Below are positions 7,421 through 17,202 of a stretch of DNA of 64,000 bases, in pieces. Positions within the stretch are counted from its first letter, which is position 1; every line of letters starts with the position of its first letter. The stretch is taken from NCBI GenBank assembly GCA_003599235.1, contig QZJE01000013.1:78536-142535 (forward strand), in the 5' to 3' direction. A model generated the notes under the pieces. The model was not told where the DNA came from. It was given only the letters and a program-made list of their open reading frames with translations, and did not search any database. The stretch comes from Actinomycetota bacterium. GTDB lineage: Bacteria; Actinomycetota; Aquicultoria; SURF-47. The position numbers and the translations under genes were made by a program.

Positions 7421-9868
7421 ATGATGAGCAGCAGACAATTAATCCTAGCAATTCCGTCACTTATAGCATTCATTCTGGCCACTTGGCACATGGTTGTCTA
7501 TCGAGGGAAAAAGACAGCTGTTTATTTTATCAGTATCGGTTTTGCTTTCGGTCTTATAAGAGCCAAAATCATCTATTTTGTGCAGATCGTTTTTAATAAA
7601 TCCTTAATCCCTTATCAGTTTCAAAAAACCGCTTTAAAAATTGGCAATGATTCTCTGCAAGTCTATTTGGGTTGGATTTTAGCAGCTTATTTGGCTTGGT
7701 GCTTTGGCGAAATTATACTAAAAAATCTAGGCCGGCTGACAGGTAAAGATAATTCACAAAAAATATTTCCCATTATAGCTATTGCTTTTTTAGCAATGAC
7801 AGCTATATCTTATGCTACCGAGGCTACCGCCAGTTATATGAGATGGTGGAGCTGGAATCCCTTTTTAGAAACCGGCTCACTTAAGAGCTTATTTGTAAGT
7901 GTCCCCTGGGTAGGAATTGTTGATTGGGGCTCAGTAGCTTTTGAGTTTTTAGGTTCGTTCTTCTTAATCCGCTACGCTTTTATTAACAAAAAGTGGAGCT
8001 ACTTAGGTATTCTTGCCTTGCCTCTACTGCATTGGGCCTCGCATATAAATACTACATTTAACCTGCATTTATTAGGCCAACTCTTTACCCCTTCACTTAT
8101 TTGGCATTATTTAATGTTTGTACTGCCGATTATTTTATTTGTAATAAAATCACCTTCTCTTGATGAAGGACTAAAACTAAACCAGGAAGCTATGTCAAAA
8201 ATTAAACCTCAAGCGCTGGTTTTTGCCTCTCTTGGGATAATATTAGCAATTAACTTATTATGTGATTTGCTAATAGGTAAAAAGGCTATTTTCATTTTGT
8301 CTTTAATTCCTCTTGTAATAATTATTTTAATTAGCTTTCTTGACATCGAATATATTTTAGCTACTGCCTCTATAGCAATAATATTTACTTTTTTTATACC
8401 GATGGATCAGTTAACCAAACAAAGAATAGCAATGTCATTTATGCCCCTTGCGTATTTAACAGTTTATCGGCTTACGATAGATAAAAAAGATTTTGCTTCC
8501 CTGGCAAAATACCGTAAGCAACTGATTGCTACTATTTTAATTATTTTTAGCTTTGCTACAATCTTGGTTGCTAGCCAAAACCAAAAAATGAATACTGTCT
8601 TACCTTCAAAAAGCAAGAGAAAAATTATCCTGGTTACTATTGATACCGTCTCTGCGAACCATTTAGGCCTTTATGGTTATAAGCGAAAAACCAGCCCTAA
8701 TATCGATAATTTTGCTAAAGACTGTACCGTGTTTAAAAATGCTTATTCACCGATTCCTTATACTGTTCCTGCACATCTATCAATTATGACCGGCTTGTAT
8801 CCCAAAAACTTAGGAATTGTCCAAAATGCTGCCCGTAATATTAAAGTCAAAGGCAAAAAGCTGGCTGAACTGTTTAAAGAAAACGGTTATGCTACTGCCG
8901 GTTTTGTAGGTTTTGATCTTCTTAGAATGAGTGCTTTTAAGAAAGGTTTTAATATACTTAACTTTAAGCCAAGTGCCAATCAATCACCTATTAGACAAGT
9001 AGCCGGCAAACCAAAAATTATGCCAAGAAAAACCCGGTTTGCCAGTGATACAAATAATGAAGTTTTCAGATGGCTTGACGAAAATGCCAGTAAAGATCTC
9101 TTTTTATGGATACATTACTATGAGCCCCATTCTCCTTATGACGCCAAGAGATTTAAGGGAACGTTTAGCCAAAATCTTAAGCCGACAAACCCCGACTACC
9201 AAGATGCTTTTACTAGTCTCTTCTCTTCTTTTGACAAGCAATCTACCAAAGAAGACGTAGATTTTTTAGAAGCCCGCTATGATGAGGAAATACTATCTCT
9301 GGATAGCTATTTCGGCGAGCTCTTAGCAAAGCTTAAGCAAAGTAGTATCTACAACGATGCTACTATAATACTTGCCGGTGACCATGGGGAAAACTTTGAC
9401 CATAATAGGCTTTTCCATGGAACAAATGTTTACCAAAATGCCGTTAAAGTACCTTTAATGATTAAAAGTAATTTTGCTAATAAGCCAGAGACCATAAAAC
9501 AAAATGTTTCTATTATTGATATTTACCCAACCCTTGCTAAGCTATTTAACCTCAGAATTAGCCATGATATCAACGGGTTGGATTTGTTTGAAGCTTCCAA
9601 AACAAGGGATTTATTTTTTGAAACAAAATACAATACTGCTATCGCTAGCAAAAAGTTTCACCGAAATAAAGCTGTAATAAACGATAACAATAAACTGATA
9701 CTAAGTGATAATTACAACAATCAGGAGTTGTATAACATAAGCAGTGATAAGGAAGAAAGTAAGAACTTAGCTAGGAAAAACAAAGAAGAAACTGATAACC
9801 TTTTGCAGAAAATTAAAGCCTTCTTCCCTTTTGAAAAATCCGAGCTATCCCCCGGATTGTTGCACTAA
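7421..9868 (+). CDS. Polytopic membrane protein fused to a sulfatase/alkaline-phosphatase-superfamily domain
   Basis: About 400 aa with many hydrophobic helices, then ILVTIDTVSANHLGLYGY...SPNID.FA....F.NAYSPIPYTVPAHLSIMTGLYP and ...GDHGE. The nucleophile position is Thr, as in LtaS/EptA-type transferases, not Cys/Ser. Confidence 0.75.
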   Translation: MMSSRQLILAIPSLIAFILATWHMVVYRGKKTAVYFISIGFAFGLIRAKIIYFVQIVFNKSLIPYQFQKTALKIGNDSLQVYLGWILAAYLAWCFGEIILKNLGRLTGKDNSQKIFPIIAIAFLAMTAISYATEATASYMRWWSWNPFLETGSLKSLFVSVPWVGIVDWGSVAFEFLGSFFLIRYAFINKKWSYLGILALPLLHWASHINTTFNLHLLGQLFTPSLIWHYLMFVLPIILFVIKSPSLDEGLKLNQEAMSKIKPQALVFASLGIILAINLLCDLLIGKKAIFILSLIPLVIIILISFLDIEYILATASIAIIFTFFIPMDQLTKQRIAMSFMPLAYLTVYRLTIDKKDFASLAKYRKQLIATILIIFSFATILVASQNQKMNTVLPSKSKRKIILVTIDTVSANHLGLYGYKRKTSPNIDNFAKDCTVFKNAYSPIPYTVPAHLSIMTGLYPKNLGIVQNAARNIKVKGKKLAELFKENGYATAGFVGFDLLRMSAFKKGFNILNFKPSANQSPIRQVAGKPKIMPRKTRFASDTNNEVFRWLDENASKDLFLWIHYYEPHSPYDAKRFKGTFSQNLKPTNPDYQDAFTSLFSSFDKQSTKEDVDFLEARYDEEILSLDSYFGELLAKLKQSSIYNDATIILAGDHGENFDHNRLFHGTNVYQNAVKVPLMIKSNFANKPETIKQNVSIIDIYPTLAKLFNLRISHDINGLDLFEASKTRDLFFETKYNTAIASKKFHRNKAVINDNNKLILSDNYNNQELYNISSDKEESKNLARKNKEETDNLLQKIKAFFPFEKSELSPGLLH

Positions 9869-12654
9869 ACCCCAGGTACAGGCCGGTATTTTCTGACAAA
9901 GAACTTTCGTATCTCTTCAGCAAAAAAGACAATAAATGGAAAGGGCAGTACAAAAAGAAATTGGCTAAGAGTAGGAGTGGTTAGGCCAAAGAAGTTGCTC
10001 ACAAAAGGAGCAAGAACTAAAGCGGGAATAAAAATCAGCTCGAAAAGCAGGGCCATATTAACCCATTTATTACTAAATATACCGATCTTAAATACCGAGA
10101 CCCTCATGGTGCGGTTAGCAAACATACTGCCAATCTGACACATAGCTAGCCCAACGAAAGCAATTGTCTGGATTTGCTTAAATAACAAAACATTCCTGGT
10201 AGCCATGCCGGCAGCGTCAAATTGGAAAAAAGATAAGGCTGAAGCTGAAAAACGGTAGCCACCGGCAAAAAGAGTATAAAGGACTACTGCCATTACACAA
10301 ACTGCTTCAACCATGCCGATAAAAAGATACGCCCTTGATAATAATTTGGCGTTTAATATTGGCTCTTTTCTAGACCGAGGCGGTCTTTGCATTATCCCAG
10401 GCTCAGCGGCTTCAGTAGCTAGCGCTAAAGCCGGAAAAGTATCTGTTCCTAAATCGATAGCTAGCACAACCATAATAGATATGGCCAGAGGAAAGCCGTA
10501 TTTGGGAGCTAAAATAATCCACAAGATAAAGGGCAATATCTCTGGCGTTAAATGACAGAAGATATAACTAATGAACTTGCGTAGATTGTCATAGACAATG
10601 CGGCCTTCTTCAATGGCATGCACAATAGAGGCAAAATTATCATCTGTTATCACCATCTCGGAGGCTTCTTTAGCAACATCGGTGCCGGTAATACCCATAG
10701 CCACCCCGATATCAGCTCTTTTTAGAGCTGGAGCATCATTGACCCCATCACCGGTCACTGCCACCACCTTATCCATGTCTTTTAGAGTAGATACCACTCG
10801 CATTTTATGCTCAGGAGCCACCCTGGCGAAAATAATTTCCTCAGCTAAAAGGGCTTTTTTAAGCTCCTTGTCAGAAAACTTATCTAGTTCAATCCCGGTG
10901 ATAATTTGCACATCTTTGCCTTTGACCATTCCAATATTACGGGCAATTGACTCTGCTGTAAGTCCGTAGTCACCGGTTATCATAATTATCTTTATACCGG
11001 CAGTGTGGCACTCTTCAATAGCTTTAGTAACTGCCGGCCGGGGCGGATCCATCATGGCTTGCAAACCAATAAAAGTGAGGTCTTTCTCTACTGTTTCTAC
11101 TTGATAATCAGTAAGCTCATTAGGTAGCTCACGGTATGCCATGGCTAAAACCCGCAAGGCTGCCCTAGCATAATCGTCATTTTGAGCCACAATTTTCTCT
11201 CTATCTTTAGCCGTTAATTCTCTTACCCCTTTACTTGTTAATATCTTAGTACACTTATCAAGCAGTTCTTTTGGTGCTCCTTTTATGTAGGAGACAACTT
11301 GGCCTCGCTCATCGTGTATTGAGCTCATCATTTTTCTAACTGAATCAAAAGGAAGCTCGTGGATACGAGGAAGCTCTATAAACTCTTGGTTATAATCAAA
11401 ACCGGCCTTAGCTGCACTGACAAGCAATGCTGCCTCGGTAGGATCGCCAAGGATCTTCCATTTTGCATTTTCTGCCTCTGGAGGAACTACTTTGGCGTCG
11501 TTACACAAAGAGCCGGCTTTAAGCAACAGTTTAACTAATTGATTGCTACTTACATCAAGAGGCACTCCATCTTTTAGAAAATCGCCCTTAGGTTCATAGC
11601 CAACGCCTCTAACTTCAACATTTCCCTCGCAAGTGAAAAGCTCTCTTACTGTCATCTCGTTTTGGGTTAGAGTTCCGGTTTTATCGGTGCAAATAACATC
11701 CGTTGAGCCTAGCGTTTCTACTGAAGACAGCTTTTTAACCAGGGCATTTTTTTCAACCAGCCTTTTAACCCCGATAGCTAACCCTAAGGTAACACTAGGC
11801 AGTAAGCCTTCTGGAATATTAGCTACAATAAGACCAACCGCTAAAATAAAGCTATTTTCAAAGCCCACTCCAAAACGGGCTACTAGATATAATAGGAGGC
11901 CTGAGGCAGAAGCGATAATGGCAATAATCCTGATTAACTTGTTTAAATCCTTTTGCAGAGGAGAAAGCTCAGCTTTGACTCCTTGGGTTAAGGAAGCGAT
12001 TTTGCCAAACTCAGTCTCCATGCCAGTTTTAACAACTAAAGCACGACCGCTACCGAAAGCAACCGAGGTACCGGCAAAAACTAAGTTGGGAGCTTCTGTG
12101 TAGCTAATATCAGTATCCAAAAATGCATCAGCAGTCTTTCTTACCGGCTCAGACTCACCGGTTAAAGTGGAATTATTAGTACGCAACTCGAAAGCCTCAA
12201 TTAAACGGCCATCTGCCGAGATGTTATCCCCTTCATCTAAAAGTATTAAGTCACCAGGGACTAATTCTTCGGCTAATATTTTTTTAGGACTTCCCTCTCT
12301 TAATACTTTGGCTTTAGCCGGTAGTAATTTCTTAAGCTCTTCAACAGCTTTTTCTGCTTGGAATTCCTGCCAAAAACTAAATAAGGCATTGATGATAATG
12401 ACGCCAAAAATAGCATAACCAATGGGTGCTTGGTCAGAAACGATAGCCAAAATACCGGCAATCCACAAGAAGATTGCCATCAAGTGATAGAACTGGGCTA
12501 AGAATTTATATATAAGAGGAGTCTTGCTTACCTCTTTGATAGCGTTAGGGCCATATTCAGCCAGCCGTTTTTGGGCTTCTTCTGCTGATATACCCTGTGG
12601 CGAGCCACCTAATTTATCAAAAACCGCTTCGGGGGCAAGTTCAAATATCTGCAA
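9865..12654 (-). CDS. P-type ATPase, P2C-like (Na,K/H,K-ATPase alpha-like), paralog 1
   Basis: Motifs [34 protein letters not shown]4 VANIPEGLLPSVTL and TM6 IDLGTDTFPALALATE..EPGIMQRPPR. TM5 reads CHLTPEILP. Confidence 0.85.
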   Translation of the reverse strand: MQIFELAPEAVFDKLGGSPQGISAEEAQKRLAEYGPNAIKEVSKTPLIYKFLAQFYHLMAIFLWIAGILAIVSDQAPIGYAIFGVIIINALFSFWQEFQAEKAVEELKKLLPAKAKVLREGSPKKILAEELVPGDLILLDEGDNISADGRLIEAFELRTNNSTLTGESEPVRKTADAFLDTDISYTEAPNLVFAGTSVAFGSGRALVVKTGMETEFGKIASLTQGVKAELSPLQKDLNKLIRIIAIIASASGLLLYLVARFGVGFENSFILAVGLIVANIPEGLLPSVTLGLAIGVKRLVEKNALVKKLSSVETLGSTDVICTDKTGTLTQNEMTVRELFTCEGNVEVRGVGYEPKGDFLKDGVPLDVSSNQLVKLLLKAGSLCNDAKVVPPEAENAKWKILGDPTEAALLVSAAKAGFDYNQEFIELPRIHELPFDSVRKMMSSIHDERGQVVSYIKGAPKELLDKCTKILTSKGVRELTAKDREKIVAQNDDYARAALRVLAMAYRELPNELTDYQVETVEKDLTFIGLQAMMDPPRPAVTKAIEECHTAGIKIIMITGDYGLTAESIARNIGMVKGKDVQIITGIELDKFSDKELKKALLAEEIIFARVAPEHKMRVVSTLKDMDKVVAVTGDGVNDAPALKRADIGVAMGITGTDVAKEASEMVITDDNFASIVHAIEEGRIVYDNLRKFISYIFCHLTPEILPFILWIILAPKYGFPLAISIMVVLAIDLGTDTFPALALATEAAEPGIMQRPPRSRKEPILNAKLLSRAYLFIGMVEAVCVMAVVLYTLFAGGYRFSASALSFFQFDAAGMATRNVLLFKQIQTIAFVGLAMCQIGSMFANRTMRVSVFKIGIFSNKWVNMALLFELIFIPALVLAPFVSNFFGLTTPTLSQFLFVLPFPFIVFFAEEIRKFFVRKYRPVPGV

Positions 12655-12692
12655 GACTTTTATAACTCCATTAATTCCATATGATTATTTGC

Positions 12693-13355
12693 TTAAGATA
12701 AGGCTTCTTTGATGTCTTTTTCCTTAGCAACCGAGGTTAAAGCTAAAACCTCATCGCCTGCAGCCAGCACTGTGTCTCCCTTGGGAACTATTATCGTTCC
12801 CTCTCGCAAGATAGCAGCAATTAGGGCTTTTTCTGGTGGTAGTGGCAATTCCATTATCTTTTTACCTACCGCTTTAGACTTTTCGTTTAAGACCAGCTCT
12901 ACTAAGGTCACTTTGCCTTCTTTTAATTTAAGCAAGGTAACGATGTCACCTAAAGTAGCTTCTTCCTGAATAATCTTAGATATAATGTGAACTGCCGAGA
13001 CAGCCACATCAACCCCCCATTGCTTGTTGTACAGCCACTCGTTCTTTGGATTGTTTATTCTGGATACTACGCGGCCTACATTGAAAGTGTATTTAGAAAG
13101 CTGACATATTACTAAATTATCTTCGTCGTGGCCGGTAACAGCAGCAACTAAATCTGCTTGGTTGGCACCAGCCAGTTCCAATTGCTCAGGGTCACAGCCG
13201 TCCCCTTGAACGATGCTAGCCTCTGGTACCTCTTTGGCATCTTTAGCCGCTACATCTTCTCTTTGCTCAACGATGGTTACTTTATGTCCGTCTGTTACTA
13301 ATTGCTTGGCTAAGTATGAGCCTACTCTTCCGCCACCAACTACTATTGCAAACAT
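12693..13355 (-). CDS. trkA: TrkA/KtrA-type RCK domain protein (NAD-binding N domain plus C domain)
   Basis: Opens with IVVGGGRVGSYLAKQL (GxGxxG). The 220-aa size and C-terminal G.....L.L..G..A.GK....L.LP pattern fit TrkA-N plus TrkA-C. Confidence 0.85.
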   Translation of the reverse strand: MFAIVVGGGRVGSYLAKQLVTDGHKVTIVEQREDVAAKDAKEVPEASIVQGDGCDPEQLELAGANQADLVAAVTGHDEDNLVICQLSKYTFNVGRVVSRINNPKNEWLYNKQWGVDVAVSAVHIISKIIQEEATLGDIVTLLKLKEGKVTLVELVLNEKSKAVGKKIMELPLPPEKALIAAILREGTIIVPKGDTVLAAGDEVLALTSVAKEKDIKEALS

Positions 13356-13368
13356 ATAGCACTCCTTC

Positions 13369-14019
13369 CTATATACCTAATAATTTTTTAAGACGGGGAA
13401 TAGCCGTACTAGTTACCGCTAAAGCAATACCGTCTCTTTCTTCTAATATAGTTCCAGTTGTTGGAACAAATGATTTTCCGTATCTAATAACAGAAACTAC
13501 ATTAATTTCTCCGGGGATGACCAGGTCAGCAACCGCTTTACCATTAAGCTGCGGACTGATTTCTGCTTCTACTATCTCGACTTCTCCGTCCCCAAAACTC
13601 ATATGTCTTACTACCGCTGCGTGCAGTATCATATTCTTTATTTTGTTAGCTGCCCAACTGGTAGAAGATATCGTTTGTATGCCTAGTTTTTGGTATAGAC
13701 GCTCTCTTAAGGGATCGTAGATGCGGGCGATAACTTTTGGGACCCGAAAACGGTTCTTAGCAATTAAAGAACCTACTATATTACTATTATCACCGTTAGT
13801 TACGGCTATAAAAGCATCGGCTTTTTCAATCCCTGCCTCTTGCAAAACGTCCAAATCAAAGCCAATGCCTTCTACATGCTTAATATTCGATATTGTTTTC
13901 TTAAGCCTTTCAAAGGCTTTTGGGTCCTTATCGATTAAAGCTACTTTGTGACCTTCTAATGTTAAAACTTTAGCAAGCCTTGATCCTACGCGGCCGGCCC
14001 CCATTATTACGATGTACAT
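13369..14019 (-). CDS. trkA: TrkA/KtrA-type RCK domain protein (second copy)
   Basis: IVIMGAGRVGSRLAKVL, 216 aa, same architecture. 13-nt spacer to the next trkA. Confidence 0.85.
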   Translation of the reverse strand: MYIVIMGAGRVGSRLAKVLTLEGHKVALIDKDPKAFERLKKTISNIKHVEGIGFDLDVLQEAGIEKADAFIAVTNGDNSNIVGSLIAKNRFRVPKVIARIYDPLRERLYQKLGIQTISSTSWAANKIKNMILHAAVVRHMSFGDGEVEIVEAEISPQLNGKAVADLVIPGEINVVSVIRYGKSFVPTTGTILEERDGIALAVTSTAIPRLKKLLGI

Positions 14020-14042
14020 AAGCTATCACTCCTCAATAAATA

Positions 14043-16901
14043 CTATCCCTTAACCGGATAATACTTTCTTACAATAAACTTTCTAATCTCATCAGCTATC
14101 CAAAGTGTGGGCACAAAAGCAAACATTAACAACCACACATTTAAACCAACCGGTGCATGGTTAAACCATTGCTGAAAAGGAGATACATAAACCAAGGTCA
14201 GAATACCCATGATCTCTATTAGTATGCCCCATAGCAAAAACCGGTTACTAAACAATCCTACCTTAAAAACAGAGTCTCTTGTAGTTCTAACTGCAAAAGC
14301 ATTTCCAATTTGAGTCGTAATAACTCCTACATGAAACGCTGTCGTAGATAGCAGGTAAACGGTGGTAAACTTTGCAGCTTGCCCTACGCCTGTAAGCAAT
14401 TGGGCTGGATCTAGTTTCCCAATATTTACCATTTGGTTTATTCCATACCCATTACTAAACCACACAAAGAAAAACCCTACATAGCAAGCAGCTGTTTGTA
14501 GGGGACCTAAAAAGAAATAGGCCCTTAAAAACACCCGCCAGTTTAGCAGCCTTTCACCTCTGCTCCTGGGTGGTTTCTGCATAACGCCAGGTTCTGGCAG
14601 CTCGGTCCCTAAAGCCAGCGCCGGTATCATATCAGTTCCCAAGTCAACCGCTAAAATCTGCATAACTGTCATAGCAATAGGAATATCAAAGATAAACCAC
14701 ACTATAACAGGAACTATTTCTGGAATATTACTAGCAAAAATGTAGGTTACAAAGCGCCTGATATTGTCAAAGACCGCCCGGCCTTCCTCGATAGCATTAA
14801 CAATAGAGGCAAAGTTATCATCAGTTAAAATCATGTCAGCGGCTTCTTTGGATACATCAGTGCCGGCAATACCCATAGCCACCCCAATATCAGCCCTTTT
14901 TAGAGCGGGAGCATCGTTTACTCCATCACCGGTTACCGCTACAATTTCACCGGCATCTTTTAAGGCCGAGACCACTCGCATTTTATGCTCGGGTGAGACG
15001 CGGGCAAAAATAACTTCCTCATTTTCAACTGCGTCTCTTAGCTCTTTGTCGCTTAAGCTCTCAAAGTCAACGCCCGTTATTATGCGGACCTCGCCTTCGA
15101 CAATGCCTATTTTTCTGGCAATTGCCTCAGCGGTAAGCCCGTAGTCGCCAGTAATCATAATAATTTTTATACCGGCCGTATGACATTTGTGAACAGCATC
15201 TTTTACTTCGTCACGAGGCGGATCCATCATGGCCATAAGCCCTACAAAAGTCATTTCATCCTCCACCGATTCTATGGAATAGTCCTCCATATCTTCTGGA
15301 AGCTGCCTGTAAGCTAAAGCCAAAACTCTAAGAGAGGCTTTGGCATAGTCGTCATTGGCCTTAAGGATCTGCTCTCTCATTTTTTTGTCCAAATTAACAG
15401 CTTGCCCATCTATATAGACTTTTGAGCATAGATCCAACATTTCCTTAGGAGCGCCTTTAATGTAGGCAACATGCTTACCATCGGCATATTCATAGACATA
15501 ACTGGTATCCGGGTAGCCGTAAACCACCGACATTCTCTTTCTAACTGACTCAAATGGAAGTTGGTGCCTAATCATCCCTTCTGAGTAGATCTCTTCTAAA
15601 CTCATTTTGTTTTTGGCAGTAGCCACCAGCAAGGCAGCCTCTGTAGGATCACCTAGAATAGACCATTTGGTTTTCTCTGAACCTTTTGGCGGTATTAACT
15701 TGGCGGTATTGGCAAGAGCGGAAATTTTAGAGAGCACTTTTAAGCTCTTTTTAACTTGGGCATCGACTAAAGGCTTTCCCTCTAACAAAAACTCCCCAGT
15801 TGGCTCATAGCCTGCTCCGGTAACGGCCACTGTTTTACCGTTAACCCACACTTCTTTTACTGTCATCTCGTTTTGGGTGAGAGTCCCTGTTTTGTCTGTA
15901 CAAATTACAGTTGTTGAGCCAAGAGTTTCCACTGAAGATAGCTTCTTAATAAGAGCATGGCGTTTAGCCATTCGCTGGACACCCATAGCCAGCGCTAAAG
16001 TAACCGTGGGGAGTAAGCCCTCTGGAATATTGGCTACAATTAAGCCAACAACAAAAACAAAAAGAAAATTAAAGGTAATGTCTTTTAATAATAAGCCTAG
16101 AATAAAAAAGGTAACACCTAAGCCAACAGCAATAATAGCTACTACTTTGGTGACATACTGCATTTCTTTTTGAATAGGGCTTAGCTCTTCTTTAACCGAT
16201 TGAGTAAGGGTAGCAATTTTTCCAAACTCGGTATTCATGCCGGTAGTAGCCACTATAGCCTTTCCTGAGCCAGCTGCTACCGTGGTACCGGCAAATACCA
16301 TATTATGTGCTTCAGTAATTGCAATTGGCTCAAGCACCGGATCAGACACTTTTCTAACCGGATGTGACTCACCAGTCAAAGCGGAGTCATTGGTTCTTAG
16401 TTCAAAGTTTTCGATAACCCGGGCATCAGCCGGGACATAATCACCTTCTTCGAAAATAATGATGTCACCGGGGACTAGCTCTTTAGCCAATACCTCTTTT
16501 ATCTGGCCATCCCTTAGAACTTTAGCGGTGGGGGGTAAAAGTTGCTTTAGGGCTTCAGTTGCTTTTTCGGCCTTATATTCTTGCCAAAAACTAAAAACAG
16601 CGTTGATTAATATGACAGCAAAAACAGCCCATCCTAGCTGAGGCTGCTCTGCAAGAAAAGCTAGAGCACCACCTATCCATAAAAGAATTGCAAAGAGATG
16701 ATAAAAGTTCTCCAAAAATTTAAGGTAGAGGGGCCGGCCTTTAACTTCCTTTATCTCGTTAGGGCCGTATTGTTCAAGACGACGGCTGGCTTCTTCTTGA
16801 GATAAGCCCTTATCGGAAGATTTAAGAGTGACGATTACATCTTCTATTCTTTGTTGATATATTTCTAAATCCTGCTGTTTTCTTTTTGTAAGAGTTTCCA
16901 A
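14043..16901 (-). CDS. P-type ATPase, P2C-like (Na,K/H,K-ATPase alpha-like), paralog 2
   Basis: [34 protein letters not shown]4 VANIPEGLLPTVTL, TM5 ASNIPEIVP (compare Na,K-ATPase TSNIPEITP) and TM6 VDLGTDMIPALALGTE. Confidence 0.85.
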   Translation of the reverse strand: METLTKRKQQDLEIYQQRIEDVIVTLKSSDKGLSQEEASRRLEQYGPNEIKEVKGRPLYLKFLENFYHLFAILLWIGGALAFLAEQPQLGWAVFAVILINAVFSFWQEYKAEKATEALKQLLPPTAKVLRDGQIKEVLAKELVPGDIIIFEEGDYVPADARVIENFELRTNDSALTGESHPVRKVSDPVLEPIAITEAHNMVFAGTTVAAGSGKAIVATTGMNTEFGKIATLTQSVKEELSPIQKEMQYVTKVVAIIAVGLGVTFFILGLLLKDITFNFLFVFVVGLIVANIPEGLLPTVTLALAMGVQRMAKRHALIKKLSSVETLGSTTVICTDKTGTLTQNEMTVKEVWVNGKTVAVTGAGYEPTGEFLLEGKPLVDAQVKKSLKVLSKISALANTAKLIPPKGSEKTKWSILGDPTEAALLVATAKNKMSLEEIYSEGMIRHQLPFESVRKRMSVVYGYPDTSYVYEYADGKHVAYIKGAPKEMLDLCSKVYIDGQAVNLDKKMREQILKANDDYAKASLRVLALAYRQLPEDMEDYSIESVEDEMTFVGLMAMMDPPRDEVKDAVHKCHTAGIKIIMITGDYGLTAEAIARKIGIVEGEVRIITGVDFESLSDKELRDAVENEEVIFARVSPEHKMRVVSALKDAGEIVAVTGDGVNDAPALKRADIGVAMGIAGTDVSKEAADMILTDDNFASIVNAIEEGRAVFDNIRRFVTYIFASNIPEIVPVIVWFIFDIPIAMTVMQILAVDLGTDMIPALALGTELPEPGVMQKPPRSRGERLLNWRVFLRAYFFLGPLQTAACYVGFFFVWFSNGYGINQMVNIGKLDPAQLLTGVGQAAKFTTVYLLSTTAFHVGVITTQIGNAFAVRTTRDSVFKVGLFSNRFLLWGILIEIMGILTLVYVSPFQQWFNHAPVGLNVWLLMFAFVPTLWIADEIRKFIVRKYYPVKG

Positions 16902-17022
16902 TACTCCTACTTTCTAAAAGAGTTAATTATCGTTTGCTTGACCACTAAGAAAAGCTACTCCGCTAAGACAGCTGTGTCAAGTAAAAGAATAGCATTTTTG
17001 CAAGTTTATCCATAGGGACAAT

Positions 17023-17040
17023 AGCAACTTATAAGTTGCT
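17023..17040. promoter_or_regulatory. 18-bp perfect palindrome in a divergent promoter region (candidate operator)
   Basis: AGCAACTTATAAGTTGCT lies in the 300-bp spacer between the ATPase operon start (16901, minus) and the aminotransferase (17203, plus). Confidence 0.3.
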
Positions 17041-17202
17041 GAAGTAAAAACGAAAATATATAAAATTAAAGCTGTAAATAAAAACTCAAAGAGACAGGTT
17101 ACATAAGTTTTATTTTGCCTGATTATCTTGTACGATATAACCGTTCGTTTGTAGTTCTTTTTTAATTTTTCGCTTTTATTTTTTATTTTGACCGAAGGGA
17201 AC

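Noticed and set aside
10598-10969. Plus-strand ORFs at 10598..10969, 14764..15144 and 28618..28839 have strikingly similar translations (..SSV.I.SAASL.TSVPVIPIATP(I/M)SA(L/P)(F/L)RAGAS(L/F)TPSPV..). They look like a conserved small gene present three times.
   Set aside because: All three lie antisense to the most conserved hinge motif ([20 protein letters not shown]) of three paralogous P-type ATPase genes. The conservation is a mirror image of the sense-strand conservation. The other long antisense ORFs inside the ATPase genes are rejected for the same reason (11633..12103, 12167..12418, 15877..16173, 16237..16440, 29272..29622, 30019..30555).
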